Positions 1 through 11,394 are shown, counted from the first letter of the stretch. The stretch is 64,000 nt of DNA from Podarcis erhardii (GCA_964252035.1 OZ176214.1), one strand, 5' to 3'. The notes: generated by a model not told the origin, from the sequence alone. A program made the numbers and translations.

Positions 1-376
1 AGCTCCCAGTACGTTTCCAAGCACAATTCAAAGTGTTGGTGCTGACCTTTAAAGCCCTAAATGGCCTCAGTCCTGTATACCTGAAGGAGCGTCTCCACCC
101 CCATCGTTCTGCCTAGATACTGAGGTCCAGTGCCGAGGGCCTTCTGGTGGTTCCCTTGCTGCAAGAAGCCAAGTTACAGGGAACCAGACAGAGGGCCTTC
201 TCGGTAGTGGCGCCCACCCTGTGGAATGCCCTCACACCACATTTAGAAGACATTTGAAGGCAGCCCTGTTCAGGGAAGTTTTTAATGTGTCACATTTTAA
301 TGTATTTTTAATCTTTGTTGGAAGTCACCCAGAGTGGCTGGGGAAACCCAGCCAGATGAGCGGGGTATAAATAATA

Positions 377-420
<44 letters not shown>
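1..420 (+). mobile_element. L2 LINE 3' fragment with (AAT)n tail
   Basis: Frame 3 reads LPVRFQAQFKVLVLTFKALNGLSPVYLKERLHPHRSA*ILRSSAEGLLVVP...RQRAFSVVAPTLWNAL, homologous to the C-terminus of the L2 ORF at 60826-62196. It is followed by a 3' UTR ending ggggtataaat and (AAT)n at about 369-420. Confidence 0.9.
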
Positions 421-421
<1 letters not shown>

Positions 422-542
422 TCTAAAAGAAAAAGTCCCAAAGTGATTTGCAGCTAAGTAAAAAATATGATAATTAAATCACATAAATGTATTAAAAACA
501 AATGTAACAGAACAATATTATACCATTGGTGCTCCCAAATAC

Positions 543-643
543 CTAGTAAAACAAAGCTGCCTTTGCCTGGTCCTGGTTCTGAAACAATGATAAGGTAGAC
601 GCCAAGCAAACCTCCTTGGGGTGAACGTTCTGTATGAGGGATA
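543..643 (-). other. Candidate 101-nt spliced exon of an unidentified host transcript
   Basis: Minus strand: ttgtcttctctgcag acceptor, 101 nt, then AG|gtattt donor. Two frames are open (YPSYRTFTPRRFAW... or IPHTERSPQGGLLGVYLIIVSEPG...). Product not recognised. Confidence 0.2.
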
Positions 644-938
644 CTGCAGAGAAGACAATTAAAATGGCATGTTTAATTTTTTTTGTATCTGAAATTAAAA
701 TGTAAATACAAAAAGTCACAAAGCTCCATCCAATGCCCTGCATGACTTTCCCTTCCTCTCCTTTCTTCTCATGCCCTCCAGATCAGCTCCAGAGGATCTG
801 TCAACATTCTGGTGCAGACTTGGTGGGTGCGCAAGGGGGATGCAGAAAAGAGGAGAGGAGGGGGAAGTTCTGTTGCACAAGCAGGTCTGCTGCATGAGCA
901 GAATGGCAGTGTGGGATGCAACACAGCAAATTATTATT

Positions 939-943
<5 letters not shown>

Positions 944-996
<53 letters not shown>
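944..996. repeat. (TA)n microsatellite
   Basis: Direct reading of a pure TA run. Confidence 0.98.
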
Positions 997-999
<3 letters not shown>

Positions 1000-3900
1000 C
1001 TCTATATTTTGCACAATCAAATAACTTCTGCAATAATTGTTTCTCTTATTATGTGGCTTTAATGAAAGTAAATTTTAGAAACCACCCGGGATGGGGTGGG
1101 AGGGGGGAGAATCAGCAGGATTAAAGCTTCATCTTTAATGCCCAGGAAAATAAAAAATTGGCTGGTGCCAAAAGAACAGTACAGGAAGGACTGGGCAAAC
1201 CACTCTGGAAAGAGTGTTCCACAATGAAGGCGCCCACTACAGAAAAGACCCTCTGGAAGCAACCCATCTCCCTTCAAGATAAGCATTAGGATTTTTGTAT
1301 TGATAACACTGGACACAACTAGGGATGTTAAAAAGCATTGATTTTCTTTTCCACCCCGTGGCCATCATATGCTGTGCCATTTCTGTTCCGCTGCAGTTCA
1401 CCTTCTGCAGAAAACCACATTATTCAGCTCGCTGTTTACTGTAGTAAAATCTAATAACTTAATTAATTATGTGATTGTTGCATGATACATGGTGTGTTAC
1501 ATGATTCCACACCATTTCAGGGGTGGGGGACATCATCAATAAGAACAGTGACTACAGACTGGGAGTGACTGGTCATAGTTGCCTGCCTGGCTTCCATTCC
1601 TGAACAGACACAATTCCTTGTACTATTTCCCACTTTGATGGAATTTCCCGACATCCTTTGACACAACCTAACTCTTGCCATGTGCAACCACTTTCAGGCA
1701 GCAACTAATTGCTTTGCATGGATATGTGTATTGCCATCTCCACCCAGATGGTTCACTGAACCCCGAGGAGCATGCGATTGTGCATGCAAGGATCTGATCC
1801 TTGATCAGGCAATGTGTGTTTAGCAGGATCAGCTCTTGTTGACTTCTCTGTACAAATTTTAAAAAGAAAGAAAAGAAAAACAATTTAAACCTGTTCCAAA
1901 TAAGAGCAGCTCAGTGTCTGGATTCTTTGAAGCAGTCTTGTCTAGTCCCAATTAGCTTTGAGCTCAAAGTTATCCAAGTGAATTGCAGCAGAAACTAGTA
2001 TTTTAAAGAGCTGCAGTTTACTAATCTTCTCCAGCCCATTCTTTGTTCTGCATTCTGCCCAAGAAATAGTCCTCTTAACCTTTAAAACGTGTGTCCTTAA
2101 TCTAAAACACATTGCCAGAGTGTTGTGTGTTTTGGACCCAAGTAACTTTGATACCATTCACTTAAAAAAAACCCAAAACATTTTCTGCATTTAAGTATTT
2201 TCTTGGCAAAACAAATTGCTGAAGTGGATTTTTATCTTTTCAGCCTCACACTCCCTTCTCCCTTAAACAATTAAATTCTACACATGTGGATCTCAGATAA
2301 CCCTACACTCCATTGCCACCTCCTACTTAATCCTTGTTCCTGATTTGGCTGTCATATTTCAGTTATTGTTTCTCTCTTGGCTGTGTTTGTATTAGATAAA
2401 TGCATGCAAAATGAATTACTTGATCACTCCGACGCTTGTCGGACCTTAGGTTGAGCCTCCCCTTCCTTCAATAGATAATGGAAGCATGGAACATTTCTTT
2501 CCAACTGTCTGTCTCGCTGGTGTTGTTTTAAAACCCTGATTAAAAACTGGTTAATTTGGAAGATATAGTTGTGCTGTTTTAAAGAGATATGGCATCTGAA
2601 TCTTAATAGCAGGATCCGTTGTTTTTTTCCCAGCGACCTCCACCTCCCTGCACCCATTATTACCCAGATCCTGAAAAGTTTGCTTACCTCCCACAATACC
2701 TCCTCCCCACGTTTCTATTTAGTTATCAGCAGAAAAGCTGAGGAATCATTCTTCAGTAATGGCATCAATACTGAACACACATACCAGGGGCAAGGTCATC
2801 CTGTCAAAGGCATGGGCTAGGGGAATCAGAAGGATTAGGATGAAACCAGCTACAAATAACTTTGATGGGGTATTTTAATGTAAACAGTTTGCCTTCCTTT
2901 GAGTTTCACTGAAATCTTAGGCAGCACAATGTTTCCAGAAGCAATTAAGAACTGATTTTTACAGTGTATTAAAAGGCCAATATGGATGGTTTTCACCACC
3001 TCTTTAATAAGGGTGTGTTACTTGGAGGAAAGACCCACTGAAACCAGCAGGGATTACTCATAAGCAAGTGTACTTAGGACCGTATTCTCAACTGAGTGTG
3101 TGTGTGTGGGGGGGAGTTTCTTATCATTTTATACTGAGGTGACAGAGGCAAGAGGCATTTCCAAACTGTCTCTGTTTTTTGATGGGAATTTATCACATAC
3201 CAGCAAATTCAGGTTGTTCAGTTCTTAAAGTTGCTTTGGAGCTGTGCACAACAAATCGACTCCACCCCCACTCCCCAATACTGGACTTTCCCCCTCCCCA
3301 ATAAGGAAAGTAACAGGGAAATATGCTGGAAAGAGCAGGATGGCATGTGCTTGATGCAATGTCATCTCACCTCCCCACCAACAAAGCAGGATGTATGCTC
3401 AATAGACAAGCCACCTGGAAACCAGCCAAGAAACCTGAAGTTTAGCAGGTCAGAAAGAAACGTAGACCTTCAGCATATCTACATTTCGTCTCCTAGTGAT
3501 TCCTTATAATTGCTCGTAAACATGTAATTGGTTTTTACACTCCCACAACCCAGCAGATGAACTCTGCAATGGAGCATTGCATTGACAATGGCAGCAGCAA
3601 GGCCTCACGTCTCCACTCCACCCCTCCTCTTTCTCTTTCTTTCTCCACGATGTCGCTGCTGTTATCCTTTGCTTTTGCCCTTTCCTCACTGGAGAGTTAT
3701 TCATTGATTGAGAGAGGGATAGAGATTAGGGTCTGCTGCAGATTCCCCAAGGACCACAATAAAGAAGACCTTCATCATAAAGGAGAATCTAAGGGCAACA
3801 GCTGCAAGGAAAGGGAGGCCAGGAACAGCCTTTGCTGAAACGTCTTTAAGCATGGCAAAAGGAATTTTAACCCATAGGGGGGCTCTCTTCAACGCAATAA

Positions 3901-5540
3901 TAATGGGAACACAAACCAGACCTAGTTAGAGCAATAAGAGATAGAGATTCTACCCCTGGGATGTCACCCTTGTATTTGTAGAGACTTGTTGAAGCCTGTG
4001 CAGCTTATCTGCTACTTATCTGGAAGGGTTTGGCGTTAAGCCGACAGACGATTTCCAACATGGACGCCACCCTCACATTGGGATTCTGAAAGGGAAGGCG
4101 GGGGAGTCGTTGCAAAGAAAAGATCTCTAAATGTCAATCTTTGAAAGCTGAACCAGAGATACAAATGGGGACTTGGGACAGCTTAAAGCGGTGCTGCTAA
4201 TTACCACACATGCCTTGGGAACCTTACCTGGAAATGAAACAGCATGTGCAAAGGCAAAGCATCCCAATTAATCTTCAGGCGGCATTGCCTTAACTTCTTA
4301 AACTAGACACCAACATATTTTCTCAGAGGAGCAATATTGTGGGCAGATGAGAGATGCAATAGTTAAGGGGCATGTGTGCTCCATTGCATGCAGAAATTCC
4401 ATTGCATGAGAAAGACATTTGCTTGAGGCCACAGGGTATAGCTGACAGCCCAAGGTAGACAAGTCTTGGGCTGGACTGCTCACTATTGGCCCACCAAGCC
4501 CAGGACTAGTCTACTTAGACCTTAACTATGTATTCTGGGCTAACAGTCCTGGACTAAATGGACCAACAATCCATATTCCGGGAATCTAGATTCATGTATT
4601 ATTAGGACAGGCTATGTGGCACCCTCCAGATGATGCTGGACTCCAAATCCCATAAGATTTCCAGTGGGATAGCTGGGTTAAATGTTTAGCCCGGCTGAAT
4701 ATTGGTGGTTTTGGAGTGGCCCTGTCTTGTATTTTCATATAATGTCCCTGGCTAGGACATTATGTCATTCATCCTATAGCATCCATGGCTACTTCAAAAT
4801 ATGCATTAGCTGGCTGGATGAGCAGCTTAGATTTCTAGACTTAAAAAAGAAAATGACATGGGCCACCTAACAAACAGCAGTAAATGCTATTTACACACAC
4901 GCCACTCCTGAAAGTCAAATGACTTTCTCTGTCACCAGCACTAAATGACACCCAGTTCCCCCATACACACTTGCATTCAGAAGAAGGGACTGAGGGAGAT
5001 GGAGGCAAACCTTTGCCCAGCCTTGGTTCCAGCCAGCCATGCCCTTTCCATTCCATTCCTCTCCATCACTGTTCTCCATTCCTGCCCATTCCACAGTCAG
5101 TCGGGATCCTGCAGCCACTAAGCATATTCCATCTTCATTTGGTTGTTACGGTGCCTTCTCTTTTAGTTCTTTTCTCAAAAGTATTTTTGTACTTCCAGCT
5201 GCCTTAAGGTTCCCTCAAGTCAGCTGATACTTCCCACTTGCATGTAGATGTTTTCATTTTGGCTACTTAAGGAACCCCTCTTGGAGAATGAGTTTCCAGT
5301 TAGCATATAGCTAAAAAGTCCAGGGTGCCAGAGCTCTACATCTGAAGCTAAGACTTCTCAGCCACACTCCCTATTTAGCCTATTGGACAAGGTAAAATTC
5401 ACATTTGTTGCTACACCCACCTCTACTTCTGACCCCACCTACCACAAAGAATAGAAGGATGTGTCAATTTTGGTTCTCTCGTTCATTTTTCCAATCTTAA
5501 ATTGAGTTATCCACATTTTGCAGCAATTTGCAATATATAG

Positions 5541-5790
5541 AAGAAGAAGAAGAGTTTGGATTTGATATCCCGCCTTTCATTCTCTTTAAGGAGTCTCAAA
5601 GCGGCTAACATTCTCCTTTCCCTTCCTTCCCCACAACAAACAGTCTGTGAGGTGAGTGGGGCTGAGAGACTTCAAAGAAGTGTGACTGGCCCAAGGTCAC
5701 CCAGCAGCTGCATGTGGAGGAGCAGAGACACGAACCCGGTTCCCCTGATTACGAGACTACCGCTCTTAACCACGATACCACACTGGCTCT
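5541..5790 (-). mobile_element. tRNA-derived SINE, Squam3-like (CORE/MIR-like body, (TTC)n tail)
   Basis: Minus strand shows an A box (tggtatcgtggtta), B box (gggttcgtgtct), CORE-like ctgggtgaccttgggccagtcac and a (ctt)n tail. Highly similar to the copy at 14530-14782. Confidence 0.85.
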
Positions 5791-5935
5791 CATATATATA
5801 CTTATATATACATATATAAGTGTGTATGTGTGTATATATATATATATATATGCTTTCGTAGATTTTCACGGGTACAGGAATGCAGGTTTTGGTGTCCTCG
5901 GGTGTCTTCCCGTGTAAAAGTTGGGGTGTCTAGGC

Positions 5936-5969
5936 GACGTTTCGACGAGGTCTCACTCGTCATCTTCAG
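5936..5969 (-). ncRNA. Minimal hammerhead ribozyme core in the inverted pseudo-LTR of copy 1
   Basis: Reverse complement of CTGAAGA-t-GACGAG-tgagac-CTCGTC-GAAAC-GTC. Confidence 0.7.
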
Positions 5970-6130
5970 GCTGGTGCTTTCGGCTTCTTGTTACTGGAAC
6001 AGAGCGGGATCTCAGTGTTTGAGTTCCTATAAATACTGTAGAGGGGGTGTGGTGTATAGCCTCCAATGTTCTGGGCAGAGGGGAAGTTCCCAGGCTAGTG
6101 TGCCTTTTCTTCTTTCTTTTCTTCAATGGC

Positions 6131-7141
6131 ATGGCCCTCCTTCCTTATATCAAGGGCACTACAGATAAAATTAGCAAAATCCTCCATAAACACAATATCA
6201 AAACAGCCTTTTGCACCAACCAAAAAATAGCCAATATCCTCAGAAACCCCAAGGATAAAATCCAGTTGGAAAACCAAGGGATCTATGAAATACCCTGCAA
6301 AGTCTGCCCAGCCACGTACATTGGACAAACAAACAGACGAATAAATGCACGTATCGCAGAACACAAGAATGCCGTCAAAAAAGAAGAAAAAACTTCCTCT
6401 CTTTTCCAACACATGAAAGAAACAGGACACGAAATTAATTTTGCAGATTCCAAATTGCTCTTTAACACGGAACATCACCACAAGAGAATAATCATGGAAG
6501 CCATCGAGATAGAGAAACACCCTCACAACATGAACAAGCGTGACGACACATCCCGCTTGCCAGACATCTGGAAATTAGCCCTCCCCACAAAAACTGACAC
6601 CAGATCCAGAGGCACACAGAACGCCAACACCAATCAACCACACCAGACCCAAACCCAGACCCTCTCCACAGATGAATTACAGACACCATCCAGTAGCCAA
6701 TCCATGGTGGCACCTCCGGATGCTGCACCCCCCTGCAATCCCTACACAGATCTGGCTGACACAAGCCACAAAACCACAGCTCGCCCCTATACACGAAGCC
6801 AAGCCAGAGCACAACTAAGTACAGTACAGCCATCTTCTCAGGAAAACTCTTCACAAAGTTCAAGAGGTCAAGACACAAAGACTTTAACAACTAATCCACA
6901 CCTAATGACCCACCTAAGTGGTACTCAGGATATCACTCAAGAAATCACTCAAGATATCTCTCAAGTAATTAAGGAACAAAAGAAGAAAAGGCACACTAGC
7001 CTGGGAACTTCCTCTCTGCCCAGAACATTGGAGGCTATACACCACACCCCCTCTACAGTATTTATAGGAACTCAAACACTGAGATCCTGCTCTGTTCCAG
7101 TAACAAGAAGCCGAAAGCACCAGCCTGAAGATGACGAGTGA
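6131..7141 (+). CDS. C-terminal part of the Penelope ORF: GIY-YIG endonuclease plus S/T/Q/P-rich tail (RT domain lost by 5' truncation)
   Basis: LPYIKGTTDKISKILHKHNI linker, GIYEIPCKVCPATYIGQTNRRINARIAEH (GIY...YIG with catalytic R) and KRIIMEAIEI (catalytic E). The ORF is open to TGA at 7139-7141. Confidence 0.88.
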   Translation: MALLPYIKGTTDKISKILHKHNIKTAFCTNQKIANILRNPKDKIQLENQGIYEIPCKVCPATYIGQTNRRINARIAEHKNAVKKEEKTSSLFQHMKETGHEINFADSKLLFNTEHHHKRIIMEAIEIEKHPHNMNKRDDTSRLPDIWKLALPTKTDTRSRGTQNANTNQPHQTQTQTLSTDELQTPSSSQSMVAPPDAAPPCNPYTDLADTSHKTTARPYTRSQARAQLSTVQPSSQENSSQSSRGQDTKTLTTNPHLMTHLSGTQDITQEITQDISQVIKEQKKKRHTSLGTSSLPRTLEAIHHTPSTVFIGTQTLRSCSVPVTRSRKHQPEDDE

Positions 7142-7158
7142 GACCTCGTCGAAACGTC
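7125..7158 (+). ncRNA. Minimal type I hammerhead ribozyme core in the Penelope pseudo-LTR
   Basis: CUGAAGA box, perfect 6-bp stem II (GACGAG/CTCGTC), GAAA box, palindromic ACGU stem III and a GUC cleavage triplet. Matches the established PLE-associated minimal hammerhead architecture. Confidence 0.75.
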
Positions 7159-9777
7159 GCCTAGACACCCCAACTTTTACACGGGAAGACACCCGAGGAC
7201 ACCAAAACCTGCATTCCTGTACCCGTGAAAATCTACGAAAGCATATATATATATATATATATACTTGTGAAAATTCACAGCATTTTAGTGTGACTTTTTC
7301 CTAAGTATATGCAGCTTTGTCTAATATGCATATTTTTGCAAGCAATTTCCCCTGATACAATGTATTTTTGTGCATTGTTTTCACTAATATATTTATTTTT
7401 ATGCACATCCCTAAGCATTTTTGTAGCTATTATTTGGTTGGAAAACTGCATCGCAAAATTCGGATGAGTGTGGATTTTGAAGGATAACTTTGTTTCAGTT
7501 CACATGCTGTCTTGAAGAGAGCAGATTGGATAGATTTGTCTTTAAAAGCAAACTGAATCAATTCTTTTCTCTGTTCCTACCTACCACTGACATGTAAATC
7601 CCAGAAGTAAATTTGGCTCCTGGACTGAAAAAAGTTCCAAATCCTTATTATATAGAATATGAACCTTCATAGGCAGTCTGACTACAGAATGCTTCAGACA
7701 ACTAAAGAGAGTAGACCTTTTCTAGAGCACCTGAGAGGCATCTTATTTGACAGAATGCTGGTATAGATGGGCCCTGGTCGGATCCAATCCGGCAGTCCTT
7801 ACAACCTTATAATTAACAGCAAGATGAGTGTTAAATTAATCAGGTATCAGCTTCTCAGCTAGAGATGTGTGTATTTTCTCTAGAAAACACATGTCCTAAA
7901 TAACGATTTTTCTGTATGGAAGATGTAGGCATGGGGAGAATGTTGAATATATGAGACACGGGAGACGAGAGCCATTGTTACAAATGCAGTCTTTTGATAA
8001 ACAGCCTTTGCATCACCCTCAGGGAAAGGCTGACCTAAACCGTGACACTCAGACTCCCAGATGCAAAGTTGCCAGCTTCTTGTCACAGGAGATTAGGGTA
8101 AGGGCTGATATTTTCCTCGGGAGACAATGCACTGAGCTGGGGGCACCATCTTGCAGGAACAACTCTCAGTCACTGCACTGTACCAGTTTCCCTGAATGCC
8201 AAAGGGCGTGAGGGTCATTTTCTCATTGCTTTGACTGCAAAGGGCCTTCCAGAATTCCCATAAAGTCAGCTCAGCTGGGTCACTGAAACTATCATCAAGA
8301 TCCATTTAAAAAAAAAAAAAAAAACATTGTCCAGTAGCACCTTTGAGACCAACTATGTTTGTTTTGGGAATAAGCTTTTGTGTGCATGCACACTTCTTCA
8401 GTTACTGTGTCAGACCAACACGGCTACCTACCTGACTCAAGAAAAGCTGTTGGGACTTAGCACACAGAGACCTGGGTTCAGATTCTACTCATCTGTGATT
8501 CTGTTCATCCATCTGTTGGCCTAACATAGATCACAAGATTTATTGTGAGGATCAAGTGAAATAATGCCCCTGTATATGCCACCTTGACCTTCATTGTGGA
8601 AGGGCAGGATACAATTGTGATAGCAATCATCAGTCTTGAACTGCCCTTTACAAATATAGTTTTATGGGAAAGAAGGATTGGTTGGTTGGAATGGTATAGC
8701 TAGGACACTTAGACTGCATTCGGGCAGCACATTCTTCCATTTTCCAGATCTTCCCTTGCCTGTTATTTATTTGCATTTAATGATATCTCTCACTCAGAAT
8801 AAAACCATTTCTGGAATCCTAGGAAAACCTAGTGGAAGTTTAGTACTCATTTCTGTGTGAATTGCTTTCGGGGGCAGGGGGGAAATCAACCTGGTTAGAC
8901 TCAAAAATCATGGGATGAAATTCAGGGCTGCATTGTGGTGTACAGTTCTCTCCCGCCATTTTCGTGGGTAAATCATGTGGGAACAGAAGGATGCAGTTGC
9001 CACCCCATGCCCCCTAGTTTGAATGTAATTTAGTATGACATGGTTTGTTTGTTTTTTAAAGAGTTCCATGATGCAGGAAGTATTGCAGTGTAAGAAGAAT
9101 GCTAGAAACTGGGGCACAAATATTAGCATTTTATATAGATACAGAAAGCTTTTCTTCTTAATGTTTAAACAACAACACATACGCAAAAACAAAAACTCCT
9201 ACTGCTTTAATAACTATGATGCTGCACAGAATATAGCCATATTATATAACCAATCAAAGAAAAGGAAGAATCCAATGCAATAAAAGAAAAACAGAACAGT
9301 ATCAGAAATCAAACCAGTCAAAAGATTTAATATGCTGTAGGATAGTGTCACTTATCCATGTTGTTCATATTCATAACAAAACAGTGACATTCTGCTGTTT
9401 GTAAGCTTTACATTTAAAGCAATCTGCCACACCATTTGACACTACGTCATAAGAGTTGCCCCCTTCCAATCCCTTCCAGAATGTGGCAGTCACCAACCTT
9501 GGCCACCACCTGTAAATATTCAATTAATGATTTAAAGAGAACATTCAAGTTTTCACCATGAAGTAAATTCAACCTGGCTAGCTCACTTGTCTTTTGTAGG
9601 TGTTGGCCAGTAATTTCACAGATCTCCGTAAAGACAGGATCAAAAATGGAGAGAGATTATCGTATTTCCAGCACTTGTCATAGTCAATCTCTCAGCCTAA
9701 GCTACCTCATAGGATAACAGGGGAGGATAACAGGGGAGCTTTGAATTCCTTGCTGACAAACTGGACAAAATTATAGT

Positions 9778-9828
<51 letters not shown>

Positions 9829-9870
9829 CGATGCTGCAGTCATTTTGTAACATAGCATGTGCTTCCTCGA

Positions 9871-9924
<54 letters not shown>

Positions 9925-10007
9925 CTTTCGTAGATTTTCACGGGTACAGGAATGCAGGTTTTGGTGTCCTCGGGTGTCTTCCCGTGTAAAAGTTGGGGTG
10001 TCTAGGC

Positions 10008-10041
10008 GACGTTTCGACGAGGTCTCACTCGTCATCTTCAG
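10008..10041 (-). ncRNA. Minimal hammerhead ribozyme core (copy 2, body pseudo-LTR)
   Basis: Same sequence as 7125-7158, in reverse orientation. Confidence 0.7.
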
Positions 10042-11394
10042 GCTGGTGCTTTCGGCTTCTTGTTACTGGAACAGAGCAGGATCTCAGTGTTTGAGTTCCT
10101 ATAAATACTGTAGAGGGGGTGTGGTGTATAGCCTCCAATGTTCTGGGCAGAGAGGAAGTTCCCAGGCTAGTGTGCCTTTTCTTCTTTTGTTCCTTAATTA
10201 CTTGAGAGATATCTTGAGTGATTTCTTGAGTGATATCCTGAGTACCACTTAGGTGGGTCATTAGGTGTGGATTAGTTGCTAAAGTCTTTGTGTCTTGACC
10301 TCTTGAACTTTGTGAAGAGTTTTCATGAGAAGATGGCTGTACTGTACTTAGTTGTGCTCTGGCTTGGCTTCGTGTATAGGGGCGAGCTGTGGTTTTGTGG
10401 CTTGTGTCAGCCAGATCTGTGTAGGGATTGCAGGGGGGTGCAGCATCCGGAGGTGCCACCATGGATTGGCTACTGGATGGTGTCTGTAATTCATCTGTGG
10501 AGAGGGTCTGGGTTTGGGTCTGGTGTGGTTGATTGGTGTTGGCGTTCTGTGTGCCTCTGGATCTGGTGTCAGTTTTTGTGGGGAGGGCTAATTTCCAGAT
10601 GTCTGGCAAGCGGGATGTGTCGTCACGCTTGTTCATGTTGTGAGGGTGTTTCTCTATCTCGATGGCTTCCATGATTATTCTCTTGTGGTGATGTTCCGTG
10701 TTAAAGAGCAATTTGGAATCTGCAAAATTAATTTCGTGTCCTGTTTCTTTCATGTGTTGGAAAAGAGAGGAAGTTTTTTCTTCTTTTTTGACGGCATTCT
10801 TGTGTTCTGCGATACGTGCATTTATTCGTCTGTTTGTTTGTCCAATGTACGTGGCTGGGCAGACTTTGCAGGGTATTTCATAGATCCCTTGGTTTTCCAA
10901 CTGTTTTCCACACCAGACCCAAACCCAGACCCTCTCCACAGATGAATTACAGACACCATCCAGTAGCCAATCCATGGTGGCACCTCCGGATGCTGCACCC
11001 CCCTGCAATCCCTACACAGATCTGGCTGACACAAGCCACAAAACCACAGCTCGCCCCTATACACGAAGCCAAGCCAGAGCACAACTAAGTACAGTACAGC
11101 CATCTTCTCATGAAAACTCTTCACAAAGTTCAAGAGGTCAAGACACAAAGACTTTAGCAACTAATCCACACCTAATGACCCACCTAAGTGGTACTCAGGA
11201 TATCACTCAAGAAATCACTCAAGATATCTCTCAAGTAATTAAGGAACAAAAGAAGAAAAGGCACACTAGCCTGGGAACTTCCTCTCTGCCCAGAACATTG
11301 GAGGCTATACACCACACCCCCTCTACAGTATTTATAGGAACTCAAACACTGAGATCCTGCTCTGTTCCAGTAACAAGAAGCCGAAAGCACCAGC

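Larger units (their letters stand above)
5852..7242 (+). mobile_element. Penelope-like retroelement copy 1: 5'-truncated body preceded by an inverted partial pseudo-LTR, inserted in (TA)n
   Basis: 5852-6115 is the reverse complement of 6979-7242 (2 mismatches seen). The body carries a GIY-YIG ORF. Both ends are flanked by TA runs. Confidence 0.93.
5453..7578 (-). mobile_element. Non-autonomous lizard repeat split by a SINE and a Penelope insertion (pieces about 5453-5540 and 7264-7578)
   Basis: The two pieces join into the reverse complement of the uninterrupted copy at about 44770-45197. Shared motifs include gaaatt(t/c)gattcagtttgc, ttttgc(a/g)atgcagttt and (c/t)actaaaatg. Confidence 0.7.

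Noticed and set aside
543-600. IIVSEPGPGKGS resembling a P-loop
   Set aside because: It does not fit GxxxxGK[ST] convincingly and the frame is unverified, so no gene symbol was assigned.
643-658. 16-bp identity (actgcagagaagacaa) with 22328-22343
   Set aside because: About one 16-mer match is expected by chance in a 64-kb two-strand self-comparison, and there is no flanking similarity.
771-1124. ORFs with YIYIYI, CVCVCV, ERERER or LLLLL runs here and at 9697-10035, 15220-15514, 25419-25640, 40631-40849 and 46181-46450
   Set aside because: These are stop-free translations of microsatellites, not genes.
6047-6130. N-terminal 28 aa of track ORF 6047-7141
   Set aside because: It is read from the inverted pseudo-LTR across the inversion junction, so it is chimeric and not part of the native protein.
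6925-6966. 12-bp periodic repeat and the recurring MITE palindromes considered as a CRISPR-like array
   Set aside because: There is no regular repeat-spacer architecture, no cas genes, and the context is eukaryotic.
5830-7192. Antisense or alternate-frame ORFs over the Penelope copies (e.g. 5830-6168, 6095-6526, 6492-6890, 6914-7192, 9857-10252, 11184-11531)
   Set aside because: They are shadows of the repeated element, recur only because the DNA is duplicated, and show no recognisable domain.
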